Shown in pieces: positions 23,416 through 31,270 of a stretch of 31,270 nucleotides of DNA. Every line of letters begins with the position of its first letter. The first letter of the stretch is position 1. Source of the DNA: an uncultured Candidatus Saccharibacteria bacterium. Its GTDB lineage: Bacteria > Patescibacteriota > Minisyncoccia > Minisyncoccales > CG1-02-41-26. The DNA lies in assembly GCA_964417825.1 (NCBI GenBank), contig CAYQJC010000002.1, forward strand, positions 1 to 31,270, written 5' to 3'. A program made the translations under genes and the position numbers. The notes beneath the pieces were generated by a model. That model made no database searches and had not been told where the DNA came from. It worked only from the letters and a program-made list of their open reading frames with translations.

Positions 23416-25398
23416 TTAAAATAACAAAAATAGAGGAATGAAAATTAAAGAAACTACTCCCACCACTTTAATTAATATATTCAAAGAGGGGCCAGCCGTG
23501 TCCTTAAGAGGATCACCTACCGTATCACCAACCACGCTGGCTTTGTGAGCCTCTGATCCTTTGCCCCCTAAATTTCCAGCTTCAATATATTTCTTAGCAT
23601 TATCCCAGGCCCCCCCAGCATTAGCCATCATTATTGCTAAGAGAAAACCGGTCACTAAAGTTCCCAACAAAACTCCAGCTAAAGATTCAAGGCCCAAGAA
23701 CATCCCCACTAAAATTGGAACGGCAATAGCTGTAACTCCCGGTAAAATCATTGATTTCAAAGCTCTCCGAGTAGTGATGTCCACGCATTTTGAATAATCG
23801 GGCTTAGCTTTCTTTTCCATCAATCCTGGAATCTCTCTAAATTGTCGTCTAACTTCTCGGACCACGGTAAAAGCCCCCCGACTTACTCCTCGAATAGCAA
23901 AACTTGAAAAAAGGAAAGGTAAAGTAGCCCCGATAAAGAAACCTCCAATTACTTCGGGGGTAACCAGAGAAAGATTTTCAAGTTTGGCTGCTTGAGTGAA
24001 AGCTGCTAACCAAGCTAAACTAGCAAGCCCTGCTGAACCTATAGCAAAACCTTTTCCGGTGGCGGCGGTGGTGTTGCCAACAGAATCTAAAGCATCGGTT
24101 CTCTGTCGCACAACCTCAGGTAAGGAAGCCATTTCAGCAATACCAGCAGCATTATCAACCACTGGGCCATAACAATCAGCTGCTAGATTAATTCCCAGAA
24201 CCGAAAGAATTCCTACTGAAGAGACAGCTATCCCAAAAAGTCCAGCCACCTCATAAACTAAAATCATCCCTATTCCTATACCAACGGCTGGTAAGACAAC
24301 ACTTATTAACCCTTGAGAAAAACCCTCAAGAATATTTAAAGAAGGACCGCTTTTTGAAGCCCGGGCAATATTCAAGACGGGGGAGTAGCGGTCGGAGGTA
24401 TAGTATTGAATGGAGTAACTGAGCAAAATACCAATAGCTAAACCTATAACTACTGCCCAAAAAATCCCTAGATCTCCTAAAAGATATTGGCTGATGAAAT
24501 AGGCAGAAATTGTCATCAAAATATTAGCTAAAATCATTCCTCTTTGCATAGCTTGGCGAATTCTGGCAGTTTGTTCTTGGAAACTAAAAGCCCCTGATTT
24601 CTTTATTCTGACTAAAAAACTGCCAATGATTGAAGAGAGAATGCCTCCTCCAGCTAAAAAGACAGGAAAAAGAAAACCCCGAATGCCAAAAAGAGGAACT
24701 CCCAAAACAGCCGTAGCAGCAATGGCAGAAACATAGGATTCAAATAAATCCGAACCCATCCCAGCAATATCACCAACATTATCTCCAACTGCATCAGCAA
24801 TCACTGCTGGATTTCGAGGGTCATCTTCAGGAATTCCTTTTTCCACTTTCCCTACTAAATCTGCTCCAACATCGGCTGACTTTGTATATATACCTCCTCC
24901 AACCCTTAAAAAGAGGGCAATTAAAGAGCAGCCGAAAGCATAAGTCACCAAAAACTCTGGGGCTTTGAATAAAACCCAAACTAAAATTATTCCTAAAAGC
25001 CCGAGTCCGGTAACAAACATTCCCATCACCGTTCCTGCTCCAAAAGCTATTTTGAAAGGAGCTCCTAAAGATTTTAAGGCAGAATTCGAAACCCGTCCAT
25101 TACTTAAAGTAGCCACCTTCATTCCCAAAAACCCAGCCGTAGCTGAGAAACTAGCCCCAATTAAAAAAGTAAGGCCAGCTTCAAACCGAATCAAAAAACT
25201 CAGAATAACTGCCAATACTCCTAAAATTAAAAATAAAATTTTAAACTCTCGGCGGAGAAAAGCAGTTGCTCCCTCTCTGATAGCCAAAGAGATCTCTCTT
25301 ATCTTTTCCTCTCCTTCGGGATTTCTTTTAATCTGCCGAATCAAAAAAAGGCCAAAGCCGAGAGCAAAAATAGAAGTAAAAATAGGGAAGTAAAGCAT
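23416..25398 (-). CDS. hppA: Membrane-bound K+-dependent (probably Na+-translocating) pyrophosphatase
   Basis: [54 protein letters not shown] (Ala-type, K+-dependent), [23 protein letters not shown]. Confidence 0.95.
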   Translation of the reverse strand: MLYFPIFTSIFALGFGLFLIRQIKRNPEGEEKIREISLAIREGATAFLRREFKILFLILGVLAVILSFLIRFEAGLTFLIGASFSATAGFLGMKVATLSNGRVSNSALKSLGAPFKIAFGAGTVMGMFVTGLGLLGIILVWVLFKAPEFLVTYAFGCSLIALFLRVGGGIYTKSADVGADLVGKVEKGIPEDDPRNPAVIADAVGDNVGDIAGMGSDLFESYVSAIAATAVLGVPLFGIRGFLFPVFLAGGGILSSIIGSFLVRIKKSGAFSFQEQTARIRQAMQRGMILANILMTISAYFISQYLLGDLGIFWAVVIGLAIGILLSYSIQYYTSDRYSPVLNIARASKSGPSLNILEGFSQGLISVVLPAVGIGIGMILVYEVAGLFGIAVSSVGILSVLGINLAADCYGPVVDNAAGIAEMASLPEVVRQRTDALDSVGNTTAATGKGFAIGSAGLASLAWLAAFTQAAKLENLSLVTPEVIGGFFIGATLPFLFSSFAIRGVSRGAFTVVREVRRQFREIPGLMEKKAKPDYSKCVDITTRRALKSMILPGVTAIAVPILVGMFLGLESLAGVLLGTLVTGFLLAIMMANAGGAWDNAKKYIEAGNLGGKGSEAHKASVVGDTVGDPLKDTAGPSLNILIKVVGVVSLIFIPLFLLF

Positions 25399-25413
25399 AG
25401 GTTTTAGATTAAA

Positions 25414-25441
25414 ATTATACTTAATAATTAATCAAACACAA
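25414..25441 (-). promoter_or_regulatory. Sigma70-type promoter for hppA-tig-clpP
   Basis: TTGTGT (25441-25436), 16 nt, TATAAT (25419-25414), 15 nt before the ATG. Confidence 0.45.
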
Positions 25442-25458
25442 GACCTAAGAAAAGGAAT

Positions 25459-25821
25459 TTATTTTTGACATTTTTTACAAAATCTCGCTTGGGGATGAAC
25501 TTTTAATCTATCTTGAGGAATAGGATTTCCACATTTCTCACAAATTCCATATTTACCTTTTTTTATTTTCTCCAAAGCTAGGCTAATATCCTTTAACTCT
25601 TTTTCTAACGTCTCTCCTAAAGCTAAACGAGTACCATATTCTTCAACTTCATCTGCCTCTTCTTCTAAGTGTCCGCCGTTAAATTGAGGGTGTCGAGCTT
25701 TCCAGTTTCCTTGTCTCTGGGAATTTAGTCTCTTCTTAGCAAAAGAACTCAATTGACTTTCCAATCTCTTTTTTTCTTTCTCAAGTTTCTGTTTTTGTTT
25801 TTCCAAAAATTCTTTTTCCAT
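25459..25821 (-). CDS. TraR/DksA C4 zinc-finger protein
   Basis: Coiled-coil, EEEADEVEE, ALEKIKKGKYGICEKCGNPI..RLKVHPQARFCKKC. Confidence 0.9.
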   Translation of the reverse strand: MEKEFLEKQKQKLEKEKKRLESQLSSFAKKRLNSQRQGNWKARHPQFNGGHLEEEADEVEEYGTRLALGETLEKELKDISLALEKIKKGKYGICEKCGNPIPQDRLKVHPQARFCKKCQK

Positions 25822-25883
25822 TTCAGTTTTGTTTAACTCTAAACTCTCAGGGCAAGCAGGTTTTGATCTAATGAATTATCTGT

Positions 25884-28394
25884 TTATATTTCTTCTCGTT
25901 TTTGGACCAAGTTCTCTATTAATCTTACCATACTTTTGCCCGAGGTAGTAAAGAGAAAATAATTATTCACCAAAGCATAACATATCCCGAGATTAGGTTC
26001 AAGAGAATTAAGATATCGAAATTCTTTCTCTCCAACCTTAGCCTTTGCAAAATTTTCCTCAAATTTTACTTCCCTGCCTGCTAAAGAATTAAATAAAGCT
26101 GAAAAATCTTCTTCTATAGTCTCTTCCCAATCTTGCATTAAACTTGAGAGGTTTTCTTCTTCTCCTGGTTTTATTTCAGCGATAAACCCAAAGAAAGATT
26201 TACCCTGAGAATGATCAAAAAATAAAGTGGCGGGCTGTTCTAACTTCTGGGAAAAAACCTCTGCTCTAATTTTCACTCCCAAATTTTTTAAAAATTCTTC
26301 TAAAGTTAAAAAATTTTTGTTGGTTTTTTGGCGAAAGAGAACTCGCCAGAAGCCCTCTTCTCCTTCAAAACTTTCCAAAACTCCTAAAAGAAGTTCCTTA
26401 ATTTCTGTTGAAGTTGCGAACTCTAAAAATTTTGTTCCTTCTATTTGAATCAAAGCAGGGGGTAACCCGGCTTCTACCTTCTCGCTTTCTTCTGCTACTT
26501 TTTCTTGAAACGGAGTAAGTTGAGATTGGGGTTTCAGAATGTAAGTGTGCAAAATCAAATAAATAGCCAATCCCAATCCAGCTATTAAAAGCAAAACCAA
26601 AATCCTAATCGTGATTTTTTCCATTAAACTTGGCTCTTTGACAATTGGCCGAAAAACTACCTCTCTTCCTGCTTCTCTCTCTTTTCTCTTCAAAGAGGGT
26701 CTTTCTTTCCCTGCTACTCTGGCTAAAAATTCCCTCCTTTGCTTTTCCTCCTCTGGTGAGATTCTTGTTAATTTCCGAAGGATCTCCTCTTTAGCTACCG
26801 GCCCTTTCGGCTTTATGGCTTTTTCTCTTAATGCTCTTTCTTGGAGCTCCTGAAGTTTTCTCCTTCTTTCTTCTTCTTCTGCTCGTTGGCGAACCTCTTT
26901 TAACCTTTTTTCTTCTTCGAATTTTTCTGCTTCTTTCTTTGCCTTTTCTCTTATTTTCTCTACTAAAATCTCTTCTTTTTCTTTCTCAATTTCTTCTTTA
27001 GCTGGTTTTGGTGGGGGAGGAGCGATTTTTTCTCCCTCAAGTATTTTCCTGCCCTCTCTAATCCCGTATTCTAACAATATTTCTATCTCTTTAACTCGCT
27101 TTGTTTTCCTTTCTTTGGCTTTGAGTAATTGTTGGTACTCCTGATTAATCTCACCCAATTGCTCTTTTATCTCTTCTTGTTTCCTTTCTAATTCCCACCT
27201 CTTCTTTTCCACCGCCTTTCTTTGTTCCTCAATTTGCCATCTCTCCTTTTCTATTTTCATTTGCTCGCTCACCCCTTTTACTTCCCCCTCTTTTCTTTCC
27301 AGTTCTCTTTCTTTCTCCTCTATCTCCTTTTCTTTTTCTGAGATATCTGTTATCTCCTTCTCTAATTTATCCTCCTTTTCTTCAAGATCTAATATTTCTC
27401 TCTCTATTTTTTCAATTCCTCTCTCCAGACTCTTAATCTCGAGTTCCAACCTGGTTTTCTCTTTAGCTAGATTTATCTCTTCAAGAATCTCTGAGATTTC
27501 TTCTAATCTTTTTTTAAATTCTACTTCTTGAGCTGTAAGATTCTCTAATCTTCTCTCAACTCTGCGAAGCTCTTTTTTCTTCAACTCTAATTTCTCTTGG
27601 TAGCGCCATTTCTCTTTTTCTATTTTTCTTCTCCTTCCTTCTATCAGCCATCTTCTTCTCTCTGCTTGATGCTTCTTCTCGGGGGCTTGAGCTGTCCTTT
27701 CTTCTTCCTCTATCATTTCTTTTTTCTTTTCAATTTTTCTTTCTTCCTCTAAAATCGAGTTCAAATTTTTCCGTAAAAGATTTTCTTCTTTTTGGAGTTC
27801 TGCTCTTTTTAATTCCAAAGGTTCTTTTTGGGGAGAAATTTCTTTTAGCTTCCCTTCGATTTCTCTTTTTTCTCGGAGCAGATTCTCTCGGCTTGCCTCC
27901 TTTCTCTTTCTTTCCTCTTCTTTTCTCCTTTTTTCCTCCTCTCTTCTTCTCCTCTCTACCTCTTCCTTCTTCCTTTGTTCCTCTGCCTCTCTTTTTCTTC
28001 TTTCTTCTTCCTTCGCTCTCCGTTTTATCTCTTCAACAATCTCCTTTTCTTTAAACCGTTTCATCTCCTCCATCTTTCTGGCTCGCTGGGGAATCTCTTC
28101 TTCTTTTCTTTCCTCTTCTCTTTTTTTCGCTTCCTCTCTGGCCCTTCTTTTTATCTCTTCAACAATTTCTTTTTCTCTTAGAGCCTCTTTTTTCTTTAAT
28201 GCTTCTTTTTTAACTTCTTCTTCCAGTTTAGCTTTCATTTCTTCACTTACCCGCTTTTCCCTTCTTTCTTTTAATTTCTCTTCTTTCAAGCGATTTAGAT
28301 CATCTTCCATTGTCAAAAGCACTCCTTTGCTTAAGATTTCATTGATTTTCTCTTCAGTGAGGAAATTTCCTTTCTTATTTTCTTTTGGGGCCAT
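25884..28394 (-). CDS. Large Glu/Lys/Arg-rich coiled-coil protein with one TM helix and a C-terminal external domain
   Basis: 836 aa; internal repeats EKEIVEEIKRRA x2 and RW.IE..R..(I/V)EK.(K/R)W x2; TM ILVLLLIAGLGLAIYLILHTYIL. Confidence 0.8.
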   Translation of the reverse strand: MAPKENKKGNFLTEEKINEILSKGVLLTMEDDLNRLKEEKLKERREKRVSEEMKAKLEEEVKKEALKKKEALREKEIVEEIKRRAREEAKKREEERKEEEIPQRARKMEEMKRFKEKEIVEEIKRRAKEEERRKREAEEQRKKEEVERRRREEEKRRKEEERKRKEASRENLLREKREIEGKLKEISPQKEPLELKRAELQKEENLLRKNLNSILEEERKIEKKKEMIEEEERTAQAPEKKHQAERRRWLIEGRRRKIEKEKWRYQEKLELKKKELRRVERRLENLTAQEVEFKKRLEEISEILEEINLAKEKTRLELEIKSLERGIEKIEREILDLEEKEDKLEKEITDISEKEKEIEEKERELERKEGEVKGVSEQMKIEKERWQIEEQRKAVEKKRWELERKQEEIKEQLGEINQEYQQLLKAKERKTKRVKEIEILLEYGIREGRKILEGEKIAPPPPKPAKEEIEKEKEEILVEKIREKAKKEAEKFEEEKRLKEVRQRAEEEERRRKLQELQERALREKAIKPKGPVAKEEILRKLTRISPEEEKQRREFLARVAGKERPSLKRKEREAGREVVFRPIVKEPSLMEKITIRILVLLLIAGLGLAIYLILHTYILKPQSQLTPFQEKVAEESEKVEAGLPPALIQIEGTKFLEFATSTEIKELLLGVLESFEGEEGFWRVLFRQKTNKNFLTLEEFLKNLGVKIRAEVFSQKLEQPATLFFDHSQGKSFFGFIAEIKPGEEENLSSLMQDWEETIEEDFSALFNSLAGREVKFEENFAKAKVGEKEFRYLNSLEPNLGICYALVNNYFLFTTSGKSMVRLIENLVQKREEI

Positions 28395-30537
28395 ATTTTT
28401 TAGGGGGAAATCTTCGAGGGGTTTTTATGTTTGGCCGAAAGCCAGCATCTTTGGCAGAGAGAGCTATTTTCCCTGACTCATCGATGTCTATCACTTTTAC
28501 TGGAATTATATCACCCACTTTTATTAGATCCTCAATCCGCCGGACATGAAAAGGGGCTAATTGGGAAATATGAACCATCCCCTCATGACCTGGCAATAAC
28601 TCAACGATAACTCCGAAAGTCAGAATCTTCTTTACTTTGCCTTGAAAAATCTCTCCTACTTTAATCTCTCTGGCCAAATTTTTTATCCAATCAATAGCTT
28701 TTTTAGCAGCTTCTTCTTTCTCGGCTGTAACAAATATTTTGCCTGATTCTTCAATATCAATGCTGACCCCACAGTTTTCAATTATCTCATTAATCACTCT
28801 CCCTCCAGGTCCAATAACACTACCGATTTTATCAGGACTGATTTGAATGGTGTAAACCCGAGGAGCAAAGGGAGAAAGTTGAGATCTAGGTTCTGACAAA
28901 ACTTTATTTTGAATTTTTAAAATCTCCAATCTGGCTTTCTCGGCTCTCTCTAAGCTCTCTTTTAAAATTTCTTTAGAAATACCTCTAATTTTAACGTCCA
29001 TTTGTAAAGCAGTTATCCCTTTCTCTGTGCCGGCTGCTTTAAAATCCATTTCACCAAAATGATCCTCGGGCCCTTGGATATCAGTTAAGATCTTGTAATT
29101 TGTACCTTCCCCTCCAATTAATCCCACGGCGATTCCAGCTGCCGGTCTTAATATTGGCACGCCAGCGTCCATTAAAGCTATCGAGGCTGCTGAAACTGCT
29201 CCCATGCTAGTTGAGCCATTAGAGCTAAGAACTTCAGAAACCACTCGAATAGTATAGGGAAATTCTTCAAAGGTAGGAATTAAAGGCCGAAGAGCTTTCT
29301 CAGCTAACATTCCATGACCAATCTCTCTTCTCCCGGGAGAGCTAAGCCTTCTTACCTCCCCAGCACAGTAGGGCGGAAAATTATAATGGTGCATAAACCG
29401 TTTTTTACCAACAATCTCCATTCCCTCCAGAAGTTGCTGGTCTCCCGGTGCTCCTAAAGTCAAAATACTTAAGATTTTTGTCTCCCCTCTTGAGAAAAGT
29501 CCTGAACCATGAGTTCTTGGTAGAATTCCTGCCTTCACTTCGATTGGACGAATTTCATCAAGTTTTCTCCCATCAGGCCTTATCTCTTTTTTAAGGATTC
29601 CTTCTTTTAATATTCTCTCTTGGATTTTATCAAAAAGGAATAAAGCATCGGCTATTCTTTCCTCTCCATACTTTGCTTCGATCTTCTCAATCAATTCCTC
29701 TCTAAGCTCTCCAATAGCATCTTGTCTTTCTTTTCTACCTTTCTGATAAAGAGCTTTTTCTATTCTTTCTTTTAAAGTTTTCTCAACCTCCTTTCTAAAT
29801 TCACTCTCCAGCGAAAGAGGTTCGAAAGGAATTTTCTTTTTGCCAATTTTCTTAGCAATTTCTATTTGAAAATCTAAAAGCTGCTTCAGAACGGGCCGAG
29901 CGAAATCAAAAGCTCTTAAAACCATCTCCTTGGAAAACTCTGCCCCACTTCCTTCTAACATATTTATCAAAAGCTCTTGACTTTTTTCTTTTCTCACGGC
30001 TGAGAAAACTATGTCTATCTGGCTTTTTTCTCTTTGAGTGTAATTGGGATTTAACATAAATTCCTCCCCAATTTTTCCTATTCTCACCGCCGCCACCGGT
30101 CCTGCCCAGGGAATCTCCGAAACCAACAAGCTTAAAGAAGTTCCTAATATTCCCAAAAGATCAGGGCTATTCTCAGCATCCCAACTCAAACAGGTGGTAA
30201 TTGCTTGAACCTCATTTAAAAATCTCTCAGGAAAGAGAGGACGGAGAGAGCGATCAATCATTCTGGCTATTAGAACTGCCTCAGTAGTAGGCCTGCCTTC
30301 TCTTCGGAAAAAACGGGATCCTCCAATTCTTCCTGCAGCGTAATATCTTTCCTCATAGTCACACGTTAAGGGAAGAAAACCTAATCCTTCTCGAGTTTCT
30401 CCTATTTGGCAAGTACTTAAAACAGAAGTTTCGCCATATTTTACCAAAGAAGAACCTGAAGCTTGCACCGCTAAGCCCCCTATTTGAACTTCAAGGTTTC
30501 TTCCACCAATTTTGATTTGAAATTTATCACTTACCAT
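28375..30537 (-). CDS. pnp: Polyribonucleotide nucleotidyltransferase (PNPase)
   Basis: RPDGRKLDEIRPI, RTHGSGLFSRGET, RREIGHG, SNGSTSMG, TDIQGPEDHFGEMDFK, KH and S1 domains. Confidence 0.97.
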   Translation of the reverse strand: MVSDKFQIKIGGRNLEVQIGGLAVQASGSSLVKYGETSVLSTCQIGETREGLGFLPLTCDYEERYYAAGRIGGSRFFRREGRPTTEAVLIARMIDRSLRPLFPERFLNEVQAITTCLSWDAENSPDLLGILGTSLSLLVSEIPWAGPVAAVRIGKIGEEFMLNPNYTQREKSQIDIVFSAVRKEKSQELLINMLEGSGAEFSKEMVLRAFDFARPVLKQLLDFQIEIAKKIGKKKIPFEPLSLESEFRKEVEKTLKERIEKALYQKGRKERQDAIGELREELIEKIEAKYGEERIADALFLFDKIQERILKEGILKKEIRPDGRKLDEIRPIEVKAGILPRTHGSGLFSRGETKILSILTLGAPGDQQLLEGMEIVGKKRFMHHYNFPPYCAGEVRRLSSPGRREIGHGMLAEKALRPLIPTFEEFPYTIRVVSEVLSSNGSTSMGAVSAASIALMDAGVPILRPAAGIAVGLIGGEGTNYKILTDIQGPEDHFGEMDFKAAGTEKGITALQMDVKIRGISKEILKESLERAEKARLEILKIQNKVLSEPRSQLSPFAPRVYTIQISPDKIGSVIGPGGRVINEIIENCGVSIDIEESGKIFVTAEKEEAAKKAIDWIKNLAREIKVGEIFQGKVKKILTFGVIVELLPGHEGMVHISQLAPFHVRRIEDLIKVGDIIPVKVIDIDESGKIALSAKDAGFRPNIKTPRRFPPKKYGPKRK

Positions 30538-31046
30538 TATTTTTTTCTTAATAAATATCTCTTGGGATCGCTCTCTATATCAAAAAACTCATCGGCTACT
30601 TCTTTTAACCTAGAAGAGGTAGTTCGACCAAAAGCTATCACCTCGACTCTTTTTCCTTGATTTTTTAGATACTCTATTAAAGGAACGAAGTCTCCATCGC
30701 CGGAGCAGAGGACAATTACATCAACATTTGGTGCGGTTCTTATGGCATCGATGACGATCCCAACATCCCAATCTGCTTTTTTCTGGCCACCATAAAACTC
30801 TTGTAAATCTCGCACTCTGGTTTCGATACCCAAACTTGTTAGGGCTTCAAAGAAAGGCCTTTCTTCACCAGTTTTTGTTCTGACAACATAAGCGAAAGCT
30901 CTTATAAACTTTCTACCAGCGATTGCTTTTTTCAAAACTTCTTTAAAGTTCACTCTGGCCCCGTAAAGATTTTTTGCTGAATGGTAAAGATTCTGGACAT
31001 CAATCAAAACTTCAACTCTTTGTTCTTTTGGCTTAATAATAATCAT
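30537..31046 (-). CDS. NYN-domain (LabA/DUF88) putative ribonuclease
   Basis: [35 protein letters not shown]. Confidence 0.9.
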   Translation of the reverse strand: MIIIKPKEQRVEVLIDVQNLYHSAKNLYGARVNFKEVLKKAIAGRKFIRAFAYVVRTKTGEERPFFEALTSLGIETRVRDLQEFYGGQKKADWDVGIVIDAIRTAPNVDVIVLCSGDGDFVPLIEYLKNQGKRVEVIAFGRTTSSRLKEVADEFFDIESDPKRYLLRKK

Positions 31047-31270
31047 TTTTTAAGGCCTAATTTTTTGATGATGCTATTGTATCTTCTCTTTGACTCTTTT
31101 TCTAAATATTTCAACAATCTTTTCCTTTTGATAACCATCTTCAAGAGCCCTCTTCGAGAATGTTGATCTTTTGGGTGTTTCTTCAAGTGTCCAAGCAATC
31201 TCTTGATTTCTTCTGTTAGCAAAGCAATCTGGACATCAGCTGATCCAGTATCTGCTTTATGCAATTTATA
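31043..31270 (-). CDS. rpsO: 30S ribosomal protein S15 (5' end outside window)
   Basis: [42 protein letters not shown]; the frame is open to the window edge. Confidence 0.95.
   Translation of the reverse strand, partial: YKLHKADTGSADVQIALLTEEIKRLLGHLKKHPKDQHSRRGLLKMVIKRKRLLKYLEKESKRRYNSIIKKLGLKK

Noticed and set aside
22761-28181. Plus-strand ORFs opposite tig, hppA and the coiled-coil gene (and similar short ones opposite the radical SAM genes)
   Set aside because: Antisense shadows of well-supported genes, with no SD or recognisable motifs.

Overview
Low-GC window that looks like a Patescibacteria/CPR (Parcubacteria-type) chromosome. This is inferred from CPR-typical GWAWSENIGWISFN-repeat and APINVG-x-TAQ-x-K secreted proteins; the genetic code is standard, with TGA used as stop. 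The right third (20986-31270, minus strand) is ordinary: partial rpsO, NYN nuclease, pnp, a large coiled-coil membrane protein, DksA/TraR, membrane pyrophosphatase, tig, clpP and a secreted protein. The left two thirds (1056-20958) is a ~20 kb His-Xaa-Ser (Hxs) RiPP-like cluster. It holds two HxS-repeat precursors with a shared signal-peptide-like leader, HxsB, two HxsD-like proteins, five HxsC-like radical SAM enzymes and a second, different pair of radical SAM/SPASM enzymes (eight radical SAM genes in total). It also holds an A24 prepilin-type peptidase, a family of Cys-rich membrane-anchored proteins and a DUF4430/DUF6580-like uptake pair. The most striking inference is a predicted ABBA/DMATS-type prenyltransferase domain fused to one radical SAM enzyme, with a stand-alone frameshifted paralog. 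Six homopolymer frameshifts cluster in three accessory genes. All family assignments come from motif recognition by eye; no database searches were run.
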